Assembly: GCA_039795165.1 (NCBI GenBank)
Contig: JBDKER010000012.1
Location: forward strand, 50,057 to 114,056
From: Verrucomicrobiota bacterium
GTDB taxonomy: Bacteria > Verrucomicrobiota > Verrucomicrobiia > Verrucomicrobiales > V1-33
Length of the DNA stretch: 64,000 nt
Direction of reading: 5' to 3'
The translations under genes and the position numbers were made by a program. How positions within the stretch are numbered: position 1 is the stretch's first letter; the number at the start of each line of letters is the position of its first letter. The notes beneath the pieces were generated by a model. The model saw only the letters and a program-made list of their open reading frames with translations. It made no database searches and was not told the DNA's origin. This document shows positions 47,244 to 56,700 of the stretch, piece by piece.

Positions 47244-48749
47244 ATGATTCTGGTTTTGAATCTTGGATTGAAGAGTCTGCGGGTGGTTGTTTTTGACCGT
47301 GTCGGGAAGAGGGTATTTGTGGCGTCGCGGGAGGTGGAGACTTTTCTTAATGGGGAGAAGGTGGAGCAGGATCCGGAGGAATGGTGGCGGGTGGCCGTGG
47401 TTCTGTTCCGGGAAGCGATGGCGGTGGACGGGATAGGCAGGGGATTGTCGGCGGTGACGGTGACGACATCGGCCTGCAATCTGGTGTGCGAGGATGAGCG
47501 GGGCGGAGTTCTGGGGAGGGCGATGCTGGTGGCCGACAAGCGGGCGGCCGGGGAGGCGGAGGAATTGGGGCGGGGTGAGCGCTGGGTTGGGCGGATGGAC
47601 GCATCGATGACGGCCCCGCGGTTGCGGTGGCTGCAGGAGAATGAGCCGGAGCGCTGGCGCGCCGCGCGGAGGTTTCTGACGAGCAATGGCTGGCTGATGG
47701 GGCGGTTGACGGGGCGGGCGGTGACCGATCCGCTGGATGCGGCCAAGGCTGGCTACGATGTCGACGCCGGGGAATATCCGGAGGGGTTGCTGGAGTCGCT
47801 GGGCCTTGGTGTGGATCGGCTCACCCCGGTGGTTCCGATGCTGACAGTGGCAGGGACGGTCCAGGCTTCCGTGGCGGAGGCGGTGGGCATGGATGGGCGG
47901 GAGGTTCCGGTGGTGGTGACAGGTTACGATGCGGTCTGCGGAGTTTTTGGGACTGGTGGGGGGATGGAGGGGGTGGTCTGCGATGTTTCCGGTACGGTGA
48001 CATCGCTGCGGGTGGCCGTGGCTTCGGTTGGTGCTGTCGATGGGGGCATTCAGCGTCAATGGGAGGGAGCGACCGGACGGTATCTCGTCGGGGGATCGAA
48101 CAACCTGGGCGGGGGATTGGTGGAGTGGCTGCGCCAGGGATTTTATGGCGTGGAGACGGATGCGTATGGGATGATGGAGCGCGAAGCGGTGGCGGCCGGA
48201 CCGGCGGCGGGCGGGCTGGTTTTTCTTCCCTATCTGATGGGTGAGCGGGCTCCCTTATGGGATGATGAAGTGCGGGGAGTCTTCTTTGGACTTGAGCGTC
48301 GGCATGGCCGGCGGGAGATGGCGCGTGCGGTCATGGAGGGATGTGCGCTCGCGACGGCGGCGTTGTTTGACCCGCTGCAGGCGGCGGTGGGTTCGGTGGA
48401 GCGGATCCGGCTGAGTGGGGGATTGACGCGCATTCCCCTGGTGACGCAGTTGAAGGCGGATGTGCTGGGCATGGCGGTTGAGGTGAACGAGGAATTCGAG
48501 AGCACGGCGCTGGGGGCCGCGATTCTGAGTTGGATCGCGCTGGGGGTGCTGGGTTCGGCGGAAGAAGCCGCGGGCCTGATCCGGGTCCGGGAAACCGTGT
48601 GGCCCCGGGAGCATCTCGCGGGGGTGTACCGGGAACTGATGGCGCTGCAGCAGGAGCTGTATGCATCATGCCGTCCATTGTTCGCGAGAAGACGGGACTT
48701 GATGGCGCGGCTGCCTGCGGAGTCAGCGACCGTTGTCAGCAATCTGTGA
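47244..48749 (+). CDS. FGGY carbohydrate kinase (xylulokinase/gluconokinase-like)
   Basis: VEQDPEEWW, FLPYLMGERAPLWD, RAVMEG, LSGG, ESTALGAA. Confidence 0.9.
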   Translation: MILVLNLGLKSLRVVVFDRVGKRVFVASREVETFLNGEKVEQDPEEWWRVAVVLFREAMAVDGIGRGLSAVTVTTSACNLVCEDERGGVLGRAMLVADKRAAGEAEELGRGERWVGRMDASMTAPRLRWLQENEPERWRAARRFLTSNGWLMGRLTGRAVTDPLDAAKAGYDVDAGEYPEGLLESLGLGVDRLTPVVPMLTVAGTVQASVAEAVGMDGREVPVVVTGYDAVCGVFGTGGGMEGVVCDVSGTVTSLRVAVASVGAVDGGIQRQWEGATGRYLVGGSNNLGGGLVEWLRQGFYGVETDAYGMMEREAVAAGPAAGGLVFLPYLMGERAPLWDDEVRGVFFGLERRHGRREMARAVMEGCALATAALFDPLQAAVGSVERIRLSGGLTRIPLVTQLKADVLGMAVEVNEEFESTALGAAILSWIALGVLGSAEEAAGLIRVRETVWPREHLAGVYRELMALQQELYASCRPLFARRRDLMARLPAESATVVSNL

Positions 48750-48751
48750 CT

Positions 48752-49888
48752 ATGATGACGGATCCGTGGACATTTTCGTTCCGCAGCGAGACGCGGCTGC
48801 ATTGCGGCGATGGATTACTTGACCGCTGTGGGGAACTGATTCCATTTCCGGGGCCGTTTCTGGTGGTGACTGGGCGCACGAGTGCGGTGCGGGAGGGGTA
48901 TGTGGCGCGCCTTGCGGGGGCGGTGGCACCGCGGCGCTGTGTGGTTTTTGCGGGCGTGTCACCGAATCCGCGCCTTGCGGAAGTTCTGGAGGCGGCCGCG
49001 TTGGGAAGGTGGGAGGGAGTGGGCGCGGTCATTGGGTTGGGCGGTGGCAGTGCGCTGGATGCGGCCAAGGCAGTGGCGGCGGCGCTGGCTGGGGTGGATG
49101 TTGCTGGTGTGCTGGCGCGCGACGAGACCGTGGGGGTCGGGACCGTGCCCGTGATTGCGGTTCCGACGACGGCAGGAACCGGCAGCGAAACCAGCGAGGC
49201 GGCGATTCTGAGTGATGACGGGATGGGGCTGAAGCACGGCTTGCGCGGTCCGGGGCTCGCTCCGCGGGTGGCGCTGATTGATCCGGAACTGAGTGCTACC
49301 CTGCCGCGTGAGACGGCGGCGGAAACTGGCTTTGATGTGCTCACTCATGCGGTTGAGACGTGGGTTTCGCGGCGGAGTTCGGCGCTGGTGGAAATTCACG
49401 CACGGTATGCGCTGGCAGTGGTCTTGAGGGAATTGCCTGCGCGGCTGGCGGATTCCGGTGATCCCGGGCCGCGGCGGGCGCTGGCGCTGGCAAGTGCGCT
49501 CATGGGTTGGAATCTGGCCAGCAGTTCCACATGTTTGCCGCATCGGCTGCAGTATCCCGTGGGAGCGCTGACGGATAGTTCCCATCCGGCGGGCCTGGCG
49601 GCACTTTATCCGGCGTGGCTGCGGCGGGCCGCGCGGCTGGAACCGGAACCATTCCGGTTTCTCGGCCAGTGCCTCGGGGTGAACGGCGCCGAAGCAGGTG
49701 CGGAGGCGCTCATTGGCTGGATGAAGCGCCATGGTTTGGCACGGGGGCTGCGAAGCCTTGGTGTGCAGGACAGTGATGTTCCGCGACTGGTGGCTGGTGT
49801 GCGGGGGAATCTGGCTGTGGATCCCTGCGATCATTCCCGGGAAGTGCTCAGCAGTCTTTATCTTGAATCGATGGAGGAACCAGAATGA
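48752..49888 (+). CDS. Iron-containing alcohol dehydrogenase
   Basis: GGGSALDAAK, PTTAGTGSE, DVLTHAVE, H..H metal ligands; start 48752. Confidence 0.9.
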   Translation: MMTDPWTFSFRSETRLHCGDGLLDRCGELIPFPGPFLVVTGRTSAVREGYVARLAGAVAPRRCVVFAGVSPNPRLAEVLEAAALGRWEGVGAVIGLGGGSALDAAKAVAAALAGVDVAGVLARDETVGVGTVPVIAVPTTAGTGSETSEAAILSDDGMGLKHGLRGPGLAPRVALIDPELSATLPRETAAETGFDVLTHAVETWVSRRSSALVEIHARYALAVVLRELPARLADSGDPGPRRALALASALMGWNLASSSTCLPHRLQYPVGALTDSSHPAGLAALYPAWLRRAARLEPEPFRFLGQCLGVNGAEAGAEALIGWMKRHGLARGLRSLGVQDSDVPRLVAGVRGNLAVDPCDHSREVLSSLYLESMEEPE

Positions 49889-50631
49889 ATCAGGCGAAAC
49901 AGGCAGTCGTACTGGCGGCGGGAGTGGGGAATCGTCTTGCGGGAACTTCCGGTGGGCTTCCCAAGTCGTACCTGCGGCTAGGTGGGGAAACCCTGCTGGA
50001 GCGGAACATCCGTCTCCTGCGGGACGTCGGGGTTTCTGAAATCGTCCTCGTGACCGGGCATCAGCAGGAGCGTTTTGCAGCCGACTTCCCGGAGCCCGGA
50101 ATCCGGCAGGTCTTCAATCCATTCTACCGCACGAGCAACGTGCTGGTGTCGTTCTGGTGTGCGCTGCCGTTTCTTCGTGGGGACTTTCTCTATCTTCATG
50201 CCGACACCGTGTTCGCCCCGCAGATTCTGACGGGTCTGGCAGCCATGGAAGCAGGCGAAGCGGTCCTTGCGGTCGACCGCAAGGTCTGTGGAGAGGAGGA
50301 AATGAAGTACACGCTGGCAGAGGATGGGAGCGTGGACCGTCTCAACAAGACGATGCCGCCGGGCGAGGCAGCGGGGGAATTCCTTGGGCTGGCACGGTTT
50401 TCGGCAAGTACCCTGCCCTGCCTGCGTGATGCCACTGAGCGGATTCTGGGCCGGGGTGAATTCCAGTGCTTTGTGGAGGCAGCGCTGCAGGAAATGGTGG
50501 ATGACGGTGAGTTGGTGCTGTCCGTTTTCGATACGGGGGACTGGCCTTGGCGGGAGATTGATTTCCCGGAAGATTATGAAGCCGCCCTGCGGATGTTTCC
50601 GGACGATCGGGGAGCGACGAAGCAATCATGA
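49885..50631 (+). CDS. NTP transferase, LicC/IPCT-like cytidylyltransferase
   Basis: VLAAGVGNRL..LPK, FNPFY..SN, HAD, EEEMK, GEFLG, EIDFPEDY. Confidence 0.88.
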   Translation: MNQAKQAVVLAAGVGNRLAGTSGGLPKSYLRLGGETLLERNIRLLRDVGVSEIVLVTGHQQERFAADFPEPGIRQVFNPFYRTSNVLVSFWCALPFLRGDFLYLHADTVFAPQILTGLAAMEAGEAVLAVDRKVCGEEEMKYTLAEDGSVDRLNKTMPPGEAAGEFLGLARFSASTLPCLRDATERILGRGEFQCFVEAALQEMVDDGELVLSVFDTGDWPWREIDFPEDYEAALRMFPDDRGATKQS

Positions 50632-51359
50632 AAGGCGGGCCATTGACCTACAGGGATTTCTGGCACTTCCGGGGGCGGCAGAGTTTCTGGCTGACGCTGC
50701 ATTGCGGGTACCGTCTGGGGGCCGTGCTGGCGCTGGGGGCGTACCGGCTGGGCTGGTCGCCAGCGGCGCTCACCCTGCTGTCCTTTCTCTCCGGACTGGC
50801 AGGGGTGCTCATCGTGGCCCTCGGTGGTTTTTCCCCGGTGGTGGATGGGTTGCTTCTCTTTGGTTCCCTTCATCTGGCGTATGGCCTCGACTGTGCGGAT
50901 GGGGTCCTTGCCCGGGCGACCAGGCGGACCAGTCAGTCCGGCTTCCTCATGGATAAATGTGCCGACCTTGCCGGATCCCTTGTGGTGCCCGGCGTGCTTG
51001 GGATCGCCGCCTTCGGTAAAGCCGACGGACTGCTGCCTCCCGGGTGGCAACCGTTTCTGCTGTGGTGGTCGCTCAGTCCACGGGTTTTCCTGACCGGATT
51101 GATCTGGATGAAGGACAGTCTGAGTCCGCAGATCGATCGCCGGACCGAAGAAGATCAGCGAAATCCATCGTTTTTTCTACGGGTTCGTCGCCTGGCCGGG
51201 AATGTGATCGATGACATCACCTATCGGACCGGAATCGCCTTGAGTTGGGCCCTTGGGATGTACTGGGAATTTGTCCTAGGGTTTCAGAGTCTGTGTTTCC
51301 TGTTTCTGGTGGTCTATGCCATGAACAGTTTCCGGGAACTCAGACAGAGGGAATCCTGA
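50628..51359 (+). CDS. CDP-alcohol phosphatidyltransferase family protein
   Basis: Signature DCADGVLAR...SQSGFLMDKCAD; multiple TM segments. Confidence 0.88.
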   Translation: MKGGPLTYRDFWHFRGRQSFWLTLHCGYRLGAVLALGAYRLGWSPAALTLLSFLSGLAGVLIVALGGFSPVVDGLLLFGSLHLAYGLDCADGVLARATRRTSQSGFLMDKCADLAGSLVVPGVLGIAAFGKADGLLPPGWQPFLLWWSLSPRVFLTGLIWMKDSLSPQIDRRTEEDQRNPSFFLRVRRLAGNVIDDITYRTGIALSWALGMYWEFVLGFQSLCFLFLVVYAMNSFRELRQRES

Positions 51360-51372
51360 GAGCGAGAGTGGT

Positions 51373-51406
51373 ATCCCGGCGGAGTCGCTGCCCGTCGGGA
51401 TTTTTT
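51373..51406 (+). terminator. Intrinsic terminator closing the glycan cluster
   Basis: ATCCCGGCGG...CCGTCGGGAT stem followed by a T-run. Confidence 0.8.
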
Positions 51407-51456
51407 ATGTTCTCTGCGCTTGTTTACTTAGACTACATTGATTACTTTGTAATTCC

Positions 51457-52296
51457 ATGAACTCAAAACCGATCAGTCTGCGTCTGCCACAGGAAACCCG
51501 GGAATGGTTGGAACGCTTTCATCGGGGACGCGGCAGCCTGAGTGGGGTGGCGGCGAGGTTACTGGAGGAAGCGAGGCGGCAGAGTCTTTTTCCCGGAGTC
51601 TCTTTTCTGGACACGAGGGCGGGGCGTCGCGCAGGTGTCGAGGGAAGTTCCCTTCTGATGGCCGAAGTCTGGCGCTGGGTGGAATCGCGCGGGTTCGATG
51701 CTGCGGGTGTCGCCAGCCATTTCGGTTGGTCGGCCGAGAAGGCGGGAAAGATACTGCTGTATGTGGGAGCCTTCGGAAAGGAACTGCAGGAAGATGCCGA
51801 GGACCTCGGATTGCCAGCCGTTTTCCGCGAGGGAACAACCGAGCCATCGGAAAAAGAAGCAGGCGCTCCGGAAGGGTCGGGTTGGGAAGGACCACGAATT
51901 TCCCATCCTTTCGCGAGTCTGATCGACGCAGCCAAAGAAGCACGCCTGCGGGCTTATGCCCCGTACTCCGGGTTCCGGGTGGGGGCGGCCCTGCTGGGAA
52001 AGGGCTGGCAAGTTTATCCGGGCTGCAACGTGGAGAATCTCAGCTTTGGACTAACCATCTGTGCTGAGCGGAATGCCATCCAGCAGGCTGTGGTGGCAGG
52101 CTGCCGGGAGTTCGAAGCGATTGCGGTGGTGGCGGAAACGCGCTTGCCGGTTTCGCCGTGTGGTGCCTGCCGTCAGGTGATGGCCGAATTCGGATCCTTC
52201 AAGGTGATCCTTGCGACGCTCGCTGGTGAGGTGTTCGAATCCACCGTGGATGAGCTGCTGCCGCGGAGTCGTACGGGGATTCTCGACCGGGACTGA
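51457..52296 (+). CDS. cdd: Fusion: N-terminal RHH + DUF433-like domain, C-terminal cytidine deaminase
   Basis: C-terminus [33 protein letters not shown] (homotetrameric Cdd type). N-terminus [29 protein letters not shown] resembles RHH-DUF433 proteins. Confidence 0.8.
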   Translation: MNSKPISLRLPQETREWLERFHRGRGSLSGVAARLLEEARRQSLFPGVSFLDTRAGRRAGVEGSSLLMAEVWRWVESRGFDAAGVASHFGWSAEKAGKILLYVGAFGKELQEDAEDLGLPAVFREGTTEPSEKEAGAPEGSGWEGPRISHPFASLIDAAKEARLRAYAPYSGFRVGAALLGKGWQVYPGCNVENLSFGLTICAERNAIQQAVVAGCREFEAIAVVAETRLPVSPCGACRQVMAEFGSFKVILATLAGEVFESTVDELLPRSRTGILDRD

Positions 52297-52341
52297 TCCC
52301 CTGCCCTGCTGGTGCGTCCGTTGGCTCGTGCCGTTCCCGAT

Positions 52342-52357
52342 TGTTCCACGTGGAACA
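52342..52357. promoter_or_regulatory. parS: parS site (ParB-loading palindrome)
   Basis: Perfect palindrome TGTTCCACGTGGAACA matching the TGTTNCACGTGNAACA consensus; intergenic before mnmG. Confidence 0.88.
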
Positions 52358-52435
52358 AAGGCTGCCCTCGGATTTCCGGTTTCCTTGTGGCGCGGCTGCA
52401 GCATCCTCCCGATCCGTCCGCCAATCCCTGTTCCG

Positions 52436-54328
52436 ATGCCCACCGATTTTCTGTATCCGAAGTCCTACGATGTCCTTGTGGTTGGTGCCGGCCATGCCGG
52501 GGTGGAGGCGGCGGCCGCGGCGGCCCGGCTTGGTTGTTCCGTCGCGCTGCTGACCCAGAATCTGGATACTCTTTCCCAGATGTCCTGCAATCCGGCGATT
52601 GGCGGGCTGGCCAAGGGGAACATTGTGCGGGAGATCGACGCCCTTGGTGGCCTCATGGGATTGAACACCGATGCCACGGGGATTCAGTTCCGGATGCTCA
52701 ATGCAAACAAGGGACCGAGCGTGCGGGCTCCACGGGCGCAGGCCGACAAGAAGGCGTATCAGTTCCGGATGAAATGGCTGCTCGAGAACACGCCGAATCT
52801 GGATCTCCACCAGGGGAACGTGGCGGAATTGCTGGTGGAAGACGATGCCGTGTGCGGTCTGCGGACCAATCTGGGGATGCGGGTGGCGGCCCGGGCGATT
52901 GTTCTGAGCGCTGGAACCTTCATGCGGGGTCTGCTGCATGTGGGTCTGCGGAACACCGCGGGGGGACGCATGGGGGATGCGGTGTCCACGGTTTCCGACA
53001 GTCTGCGGTCGCTCGGCTTCGAAGTGCGGCGCTTCAAGACCGGGACGCCGTGCCGGTTGAACGGCCGGAGCATTGACTTCGGGAAGTGCGAGCGGCAACT
53101 GGGGGACGATCCGGCCCCCGCCTTCAGCTACCTGCGGGACACCCTAGGCGGGGATGAACGGGATCCATTTACCCTGAACCGCTGGTCCGACCCGATGTTC
53201 CACGTGGAACAAATGCCCTGCTGGATTACCTACACGACGCCTGCGACGCACGATCTGATCCGGGCGAATCTGGACAAGTCCCCGATGTACGCAGGCATCA
53301 TCGAGGGGGTGGGACCGCGCTACTGTCCGAGTATCGAGGACAAGGTGGTGCGCTTCGCGGAGAAGTCCCAGCACCAGTTGTTCCTCGAACCCGAGGGCCG
53401 CCAGACCAACGAGTACTATGTGAACGGGGTATCGACTTCTCTGCCCTATGAGGTGCAGTACGCGTTCATCCGGTCGGTTCCGGGCCTTGAGCAGGCCGAG
53501 ATCATCCGTCCCGGGTATGCGGTGGAATACGATTACTGTCCACCGACGCAGCTGTATCCGACCCTTGAGACCAAGCGGGTTTCGGGCCTGTATTTTGCCG
53601 GGCAGATCAACGGGACCTCCGGGTACGAGGAGGCGGCGGGTCAGGGCTTGCTGGCGGGAATGAATGCGGCCCTGAAGGTGCAGGGTCGGGCAGCGTGGGT
53701 ACCGCAGCGGTCGGAGTCGTATCTTGGGGTCATGGTGGATGACTTGGTGACGAAGGATGTCACGGAGCCGTACCGGATGTTCACGAGCCGAGCGGAGTAC
53801 CGCTTGCTGCTGCGGCAGGACAATTGTGATCTGCGGCTGACTCCGCAGGCGGTGGAGTTGGGGCTGGTGGATGGGGAGCGGGCGGCGCGGGTGCGGCAGA
53901 AGGCGGAGGCCCTCGCGTCGGCGCATCGCCTTGCGCGGGAGGCTGTGGTTGATGGATTGAAGCTGGAGAAGTGGATGCGGCGGCATGAGAATTCGTGGGG
54001 TCGGTTACCGGAGGAGCTGCGGGGTCGTTTTCCGGAGGAGGTCTGGGAATTGCTGGAGGTCGATGTGAAGTACGCGGGTTATCTGGAGCGGCAGCAGGAG
54101 ATGGTGGACCGGGCCCAGCGGATGGAGGACCGGGAATTGCCGGGTTGGTTGGACTATGGAGAAGTACGGGGCTTGAAGCGGGAAGCGCAGTTGAAGCTGG
54201 GGTCGATCCGGCCGCGGACGTTGGGGCAGGCGGCGAGGATTCAGGGGGTGACGCCGGCGGACATTGCGATTCTGACGGTTGTGCTGGAACGTGGTCGACC
54301 CGCAGCTGATTGTGATGTAACTCTCTGA
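52436..54328 (+). CDS. mnmG: tRNA uridine 5-carboxymethylaminomethyl modification enzyme MnmG/GidA
   Basis: [57 protein letters not shown]; start MPTDF at 52436. Confidence 0.97.
   Translation: MPTDFLYPKSYDVLVVGAGHAGVEAAAAAARLGCSVALLTQNLDTLSQMSCNPAIGGLAKGNIVREIDALGGLMGLNTDATGIQFRMLNANKGPSVRAPRAQADKKAYQFRMKWLLENTPNLDLHQGNVAELLVEDDAVCGLRTNLGMRVAARAIVLSAGTFMRGLLHVGLRNTAGGRMGDAVSTVSDSLRSLGFEVRRFKTGTPCRLNGRSIDFGKCERQLGDDPAPAFSYLRDTLGGDERDPFTLNRWSDPMFHVEQMPCWITYTTPATHDLIRANLDKSPMYAGIIEGVGPRYCPSIEDKVVRFAEKSQHQLFLEPEGRQTNEYYVNGVSTSLPYEVQYAFIRSVPGLEQAEIIRPGYAVEYDYCPPTQLYPTLETKRVSGLYFAGQINGTSGYEEAAGQGLLAGMNAALKVQGRAAWVPQRSESYLGVMVDDLVTKDVTEPYRMFTSRAEYRLLLRQDNCDLRLTPQAVELGLVDGERAARVRQKAEALASAHRLAREAVVDGLKLEKWMRRHENSWGRLPEELRGRFPEEVWELLEVDVKYAGYLERQQEMVDRAQRMEDRELPGWLDYGEVRGLKREAQLKLGSIRPRTLGQAARIQGVTPADIAILTVVLERGRPAADCDVTL
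53196..53211. promoter_or_regulatory. parS: Second parS site, inside mnmG
   Basis: Identical TGTTCCACGTGGAACA, encoding MFHVEQ. Confidence 0.85.
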
Positions 54329-54341
54329 TAATAAGTTGTTT

Positions 54342-55385
54342 ATGAAATACAGACGCCTTGGGCGCAGTGGCTTGACGGTGAGTGAGATCGGGCTGGGAAC
54401 GATGACGTTTGGGCTGCAGACGGACGAGGCTGAGTCCTTTGCGATGATGGATTATGCGGTGGAGCGCGGGGTGGATTTCTTTGACACGGCGGAACTGTAT
54501 CCGGTGCCGCCCGACGAGGAACACTTTGGGCGGACCGAGGAGATCATTGGTCGCTGGATGAAGTCGCGGGGGCGACGGGAACGGGTGATTCTTGCGAGCA
54601 AGGTGACTGGGCCGGGGCATGGATGGTTCCGCCCGCCCGTGCGCGGGGGAATGACGGGGTTGGACCGCCGGCAGATTGTGCGGGCCTGCGAGGACAGTCT
54701 GCGGCGGCTGCAGACCGACTATCTGGATCTGTATCAGACGCACTGGCCTGATCACGGCATGCAGGCGGAAGAGACGCTGGAAGCGATGACTGGGCTGGTG
54801 CGGAGTGGCAAGGTGCGGGTGGTGGGGTGCAGCAACGAGACTTGCTGGGGCTTGATGAACAGTCTGCGGGCGAGTGAGCGGGCGGGGTTGGTGCGGTATG
54901 ACAGTGTGCAGAATAATTTTTCGCTGATAAACCGTCGCTGCGAGAGTGAGTTGGCGCAGGTGTGCCGGAGGGAAGGGGTTTCGCTGCTGCCGTATTCACC
55001 GCTGGGCGGGGGAGTTCTGACTGGCAAGTATGGTCGGGGCATGCAGCCGGAGCGGGCGAGGTTCACGGCGTATCTGCGGTCCGAGGCATCCCGCCAGCAG
55101 CGGATGGCACAGCGGTTTGTCAATCCGCGCACCCTTGAGACTGTGGCGCTGCTGGAAGAGATTGCGGCAGACCTTGGGGTCTCCGTGACTGTGCTGGCGC
55201 TCGCATGGAGCTGTCAGCATGATTTTGTGGCTTCGACTCTGGTGGGGGCGACGAGTCTGGCTCAGTTGGCGGAGAGCCTTGCGGCTGCGGAGTTGGTGCT
55301 AGATGCAGCGACCCTTGCACGGATTGACGCCATTGATGAAGCCATCCCGAATCCGATGACCGAGGACGGTCTGCGGAGGCTGTGA
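54342..55385 (+). CDS. Aldo/keto reductase (Tas-like)
   Basis: GLGTMTFG, DTAELYP, LQTDYLDLYQTHWPD, GCSNET, LPYSPLGGG. Confidence 0.92.
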   Translation: MKYRRLGRSGLTVSEIGLGTMTFGLQTDEAESFAMMDYAVERGVDFFDTAELYPVPPDEEHFGRTEEIIGRWMKSRGRRERVILASKVTGPGHGWFRPPVRGGMTGLDRRQIVRACEDSLRRLQTDYLDLYQTHWPDHGMQAEETLEAMTGLVRSGKVRVVGCSNETCWGLMNSLRASERAGLVRYDSVQNNFSLINRRCESELAQVCRREGVSLLPYSPLGGGVLTGKYGRGMQPERARFTAYLRSEASRQQRMAQRFVNPRTLETVALLEEIAADLGVSVTVLALAWSCQHDFVASTLVGATSLAQLAESLAAAELVLDAATLARIDAIDEAIPNPMTEDGLRRL

Positions 55386-55397
55386 GGGCCCGGAGGT

Positions 55398-56669
55398 TCA
55401 GGAGAAGTCCGTGAGCGAACGGAAATCGGCGTCGAAGAGGCGTTGCCATGTGCGCGTGGCTGCGCCGTCGGTCATGCGGGAGAGGGCATCGCAGACCAGT
55501 CTGGCGCGGGAGGCTTCGTCCGGTGCTGCCTGGAGGGCGGCTTCCTCGGCTTCGCTGAGGAGGCGGAACTGCTGGGAGGGGGAACTGGTGATGTAGCGGT
55601 CCGCGAGCGTGCCGAAAAGTGTGGTCAGCATGCGGTCGCACTTGTGTTCCAGTTGCTGGAGCTGGCGGCTGCGGAACACGAGGTGGAGGGCGATGCGCTT
55701 GTAGAACCTGGCTTCCTGGCGGGCCGCGTCTTCGATCACGAGGCGGTAGCGGTAGCGGTTGGTGTGCGGGGACATGAAATTGACATCGAGGGCGAGGGAA
55801 ACGGCGTCGATGAAGCGTCCGATGCGGCTGCGGAGGCGGACTTCGGCGCGCTGTTCGCGGATGCTCCGGAGCAGGCGTTCGAGGTGATCGGCGTCCTCGC
55901 TGCCGAGGGATTGAGAGGATCCCCAGCGTTCGAGCGATTCCATTGTCAGGAAGCCGGCATTGATGCCATCGGCGATGTCGTTGAGCGAGTAAGCGGTATC
56001 GTCGGCCCAGTCCATGATCTGGCATTCGATGGACCGGAAGGCATCGCGGGCGGGGCCGGGGGGGAGTTCCAAGGGGAAGTCCTGACCACCGAGGGCCCAG
56101 TCGATCCAGCGGTGCTGGGGATCGTAGACAAAGTGGTGCTCCGGATTGGGGAGTTCGCTGAAGAGGGATTTGTACTTGAGGGTGGCGTCGAGGAAGGCGC
56201 GGCATGGATTCATGCCCGAGTGCTGACGGCTGAAGATGGTCTCGGTGAGCATGCGGAGCGTCTGGGCATTCCCTTCGAATCCGCCGTAGGGTTTCATGAG
56301 GCGGTGCAGGGTACGTTCTCCGGCGTGGCCGAAAGGCGGGTGACCGAGGTCGTGGGCGAGGCAGGCGGCTTCGACGAGGTCGGCGTCGATGAAATGGTCC
56401 GGGGCGAGGAGGGGACTGGTGCGTTTCAGTTTGGCGCAGATGCTGCGGCCGATCTGGGAGACCTCGATGGAGTGGGTCAGTCTGGTGCGGTAGAAGTCGT
56501 ATTCGCCGGAGAGGAAGACCTGGGTTTTGCTCTGGAGCCGGCGGAAGGCGGATGTATGGATAATGCGGTCGCGGTTGATTTCGAAGATGGTGCGGTAGTC
56601 GCTGGGCCGCGGAGCCTGGGCCGGATCCTGCAGTTCGCGGTCGAAGTCGTTGTAGAAGCGGTTTTCCAT
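55398..56669 (-). CDS. dgt: Deoxyguanosinetriphosphate triphosphohydrolase (HD domain)
   Basis: FRRLQSKTQVF, RTRLTHSIEV, HDLGHPPFGHAGE, FEGNAQ, WADDTAYS. Confidence 0.92.
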   Translation of the reverse strand: MENRFYNDFDRELQDPAQAPRPSDYRTIFEINRDRIIHTSAFRRLQSKTQVFLSGEYDFYRTRLTHSIEVSQIGRSICAKLKRTSPLLAPDHFIDADLVEAACLAHDLGHPPFGHAGERTLHRLMKPYGGFEGNAQTLRMLTETIFSRQHSGMNPCRAFLDATLKYKSLFSELPNPEHHFVYDPQHRWIDWALGGQDFPLELPPGPARDAFRSIECQIMDWADDTAYSLNDIADGINAGFLTMESLERWGSSQSLGSEDADHLERLLRSIREQRAEVRLRSRIGRFIDAVSLALDVNFMSPHTNRYRYRLVIEDAARQEARFYKRIALHLVFRSRQLQQLEHKCDRMLTTLFGTLADRYITSSPSQQFRLLSEAEEAALQAAPDEASRARLVCDALSRMTDGAATRTWQRLFDADFRSLTDFS

Positions 56670-56700
56670 AGGTCAGGATCTCCGGGAGGCGGCCATGGCC

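Noticed and set aside
48752..51359. Phosphonate biosynthesis (Fe-ADH plus cytidylyltransferase)
   Set aside because: No PEP mutase or phosphonopyruvate decarboxylase is recognisable in the window, and the aldolase and kinase point to phosphate esters.
51457..56669. Deaminase plus dGTPase as a nucleotide-depletion anti-phage system
   Set aside because: The deaminase is the small nucleoside Cdd type without the kinase domain of defensive dCTP deaminases. dgt looks housekeeping, is on the opposite strand and is separated by mnmG and an aldo-keto reductase.
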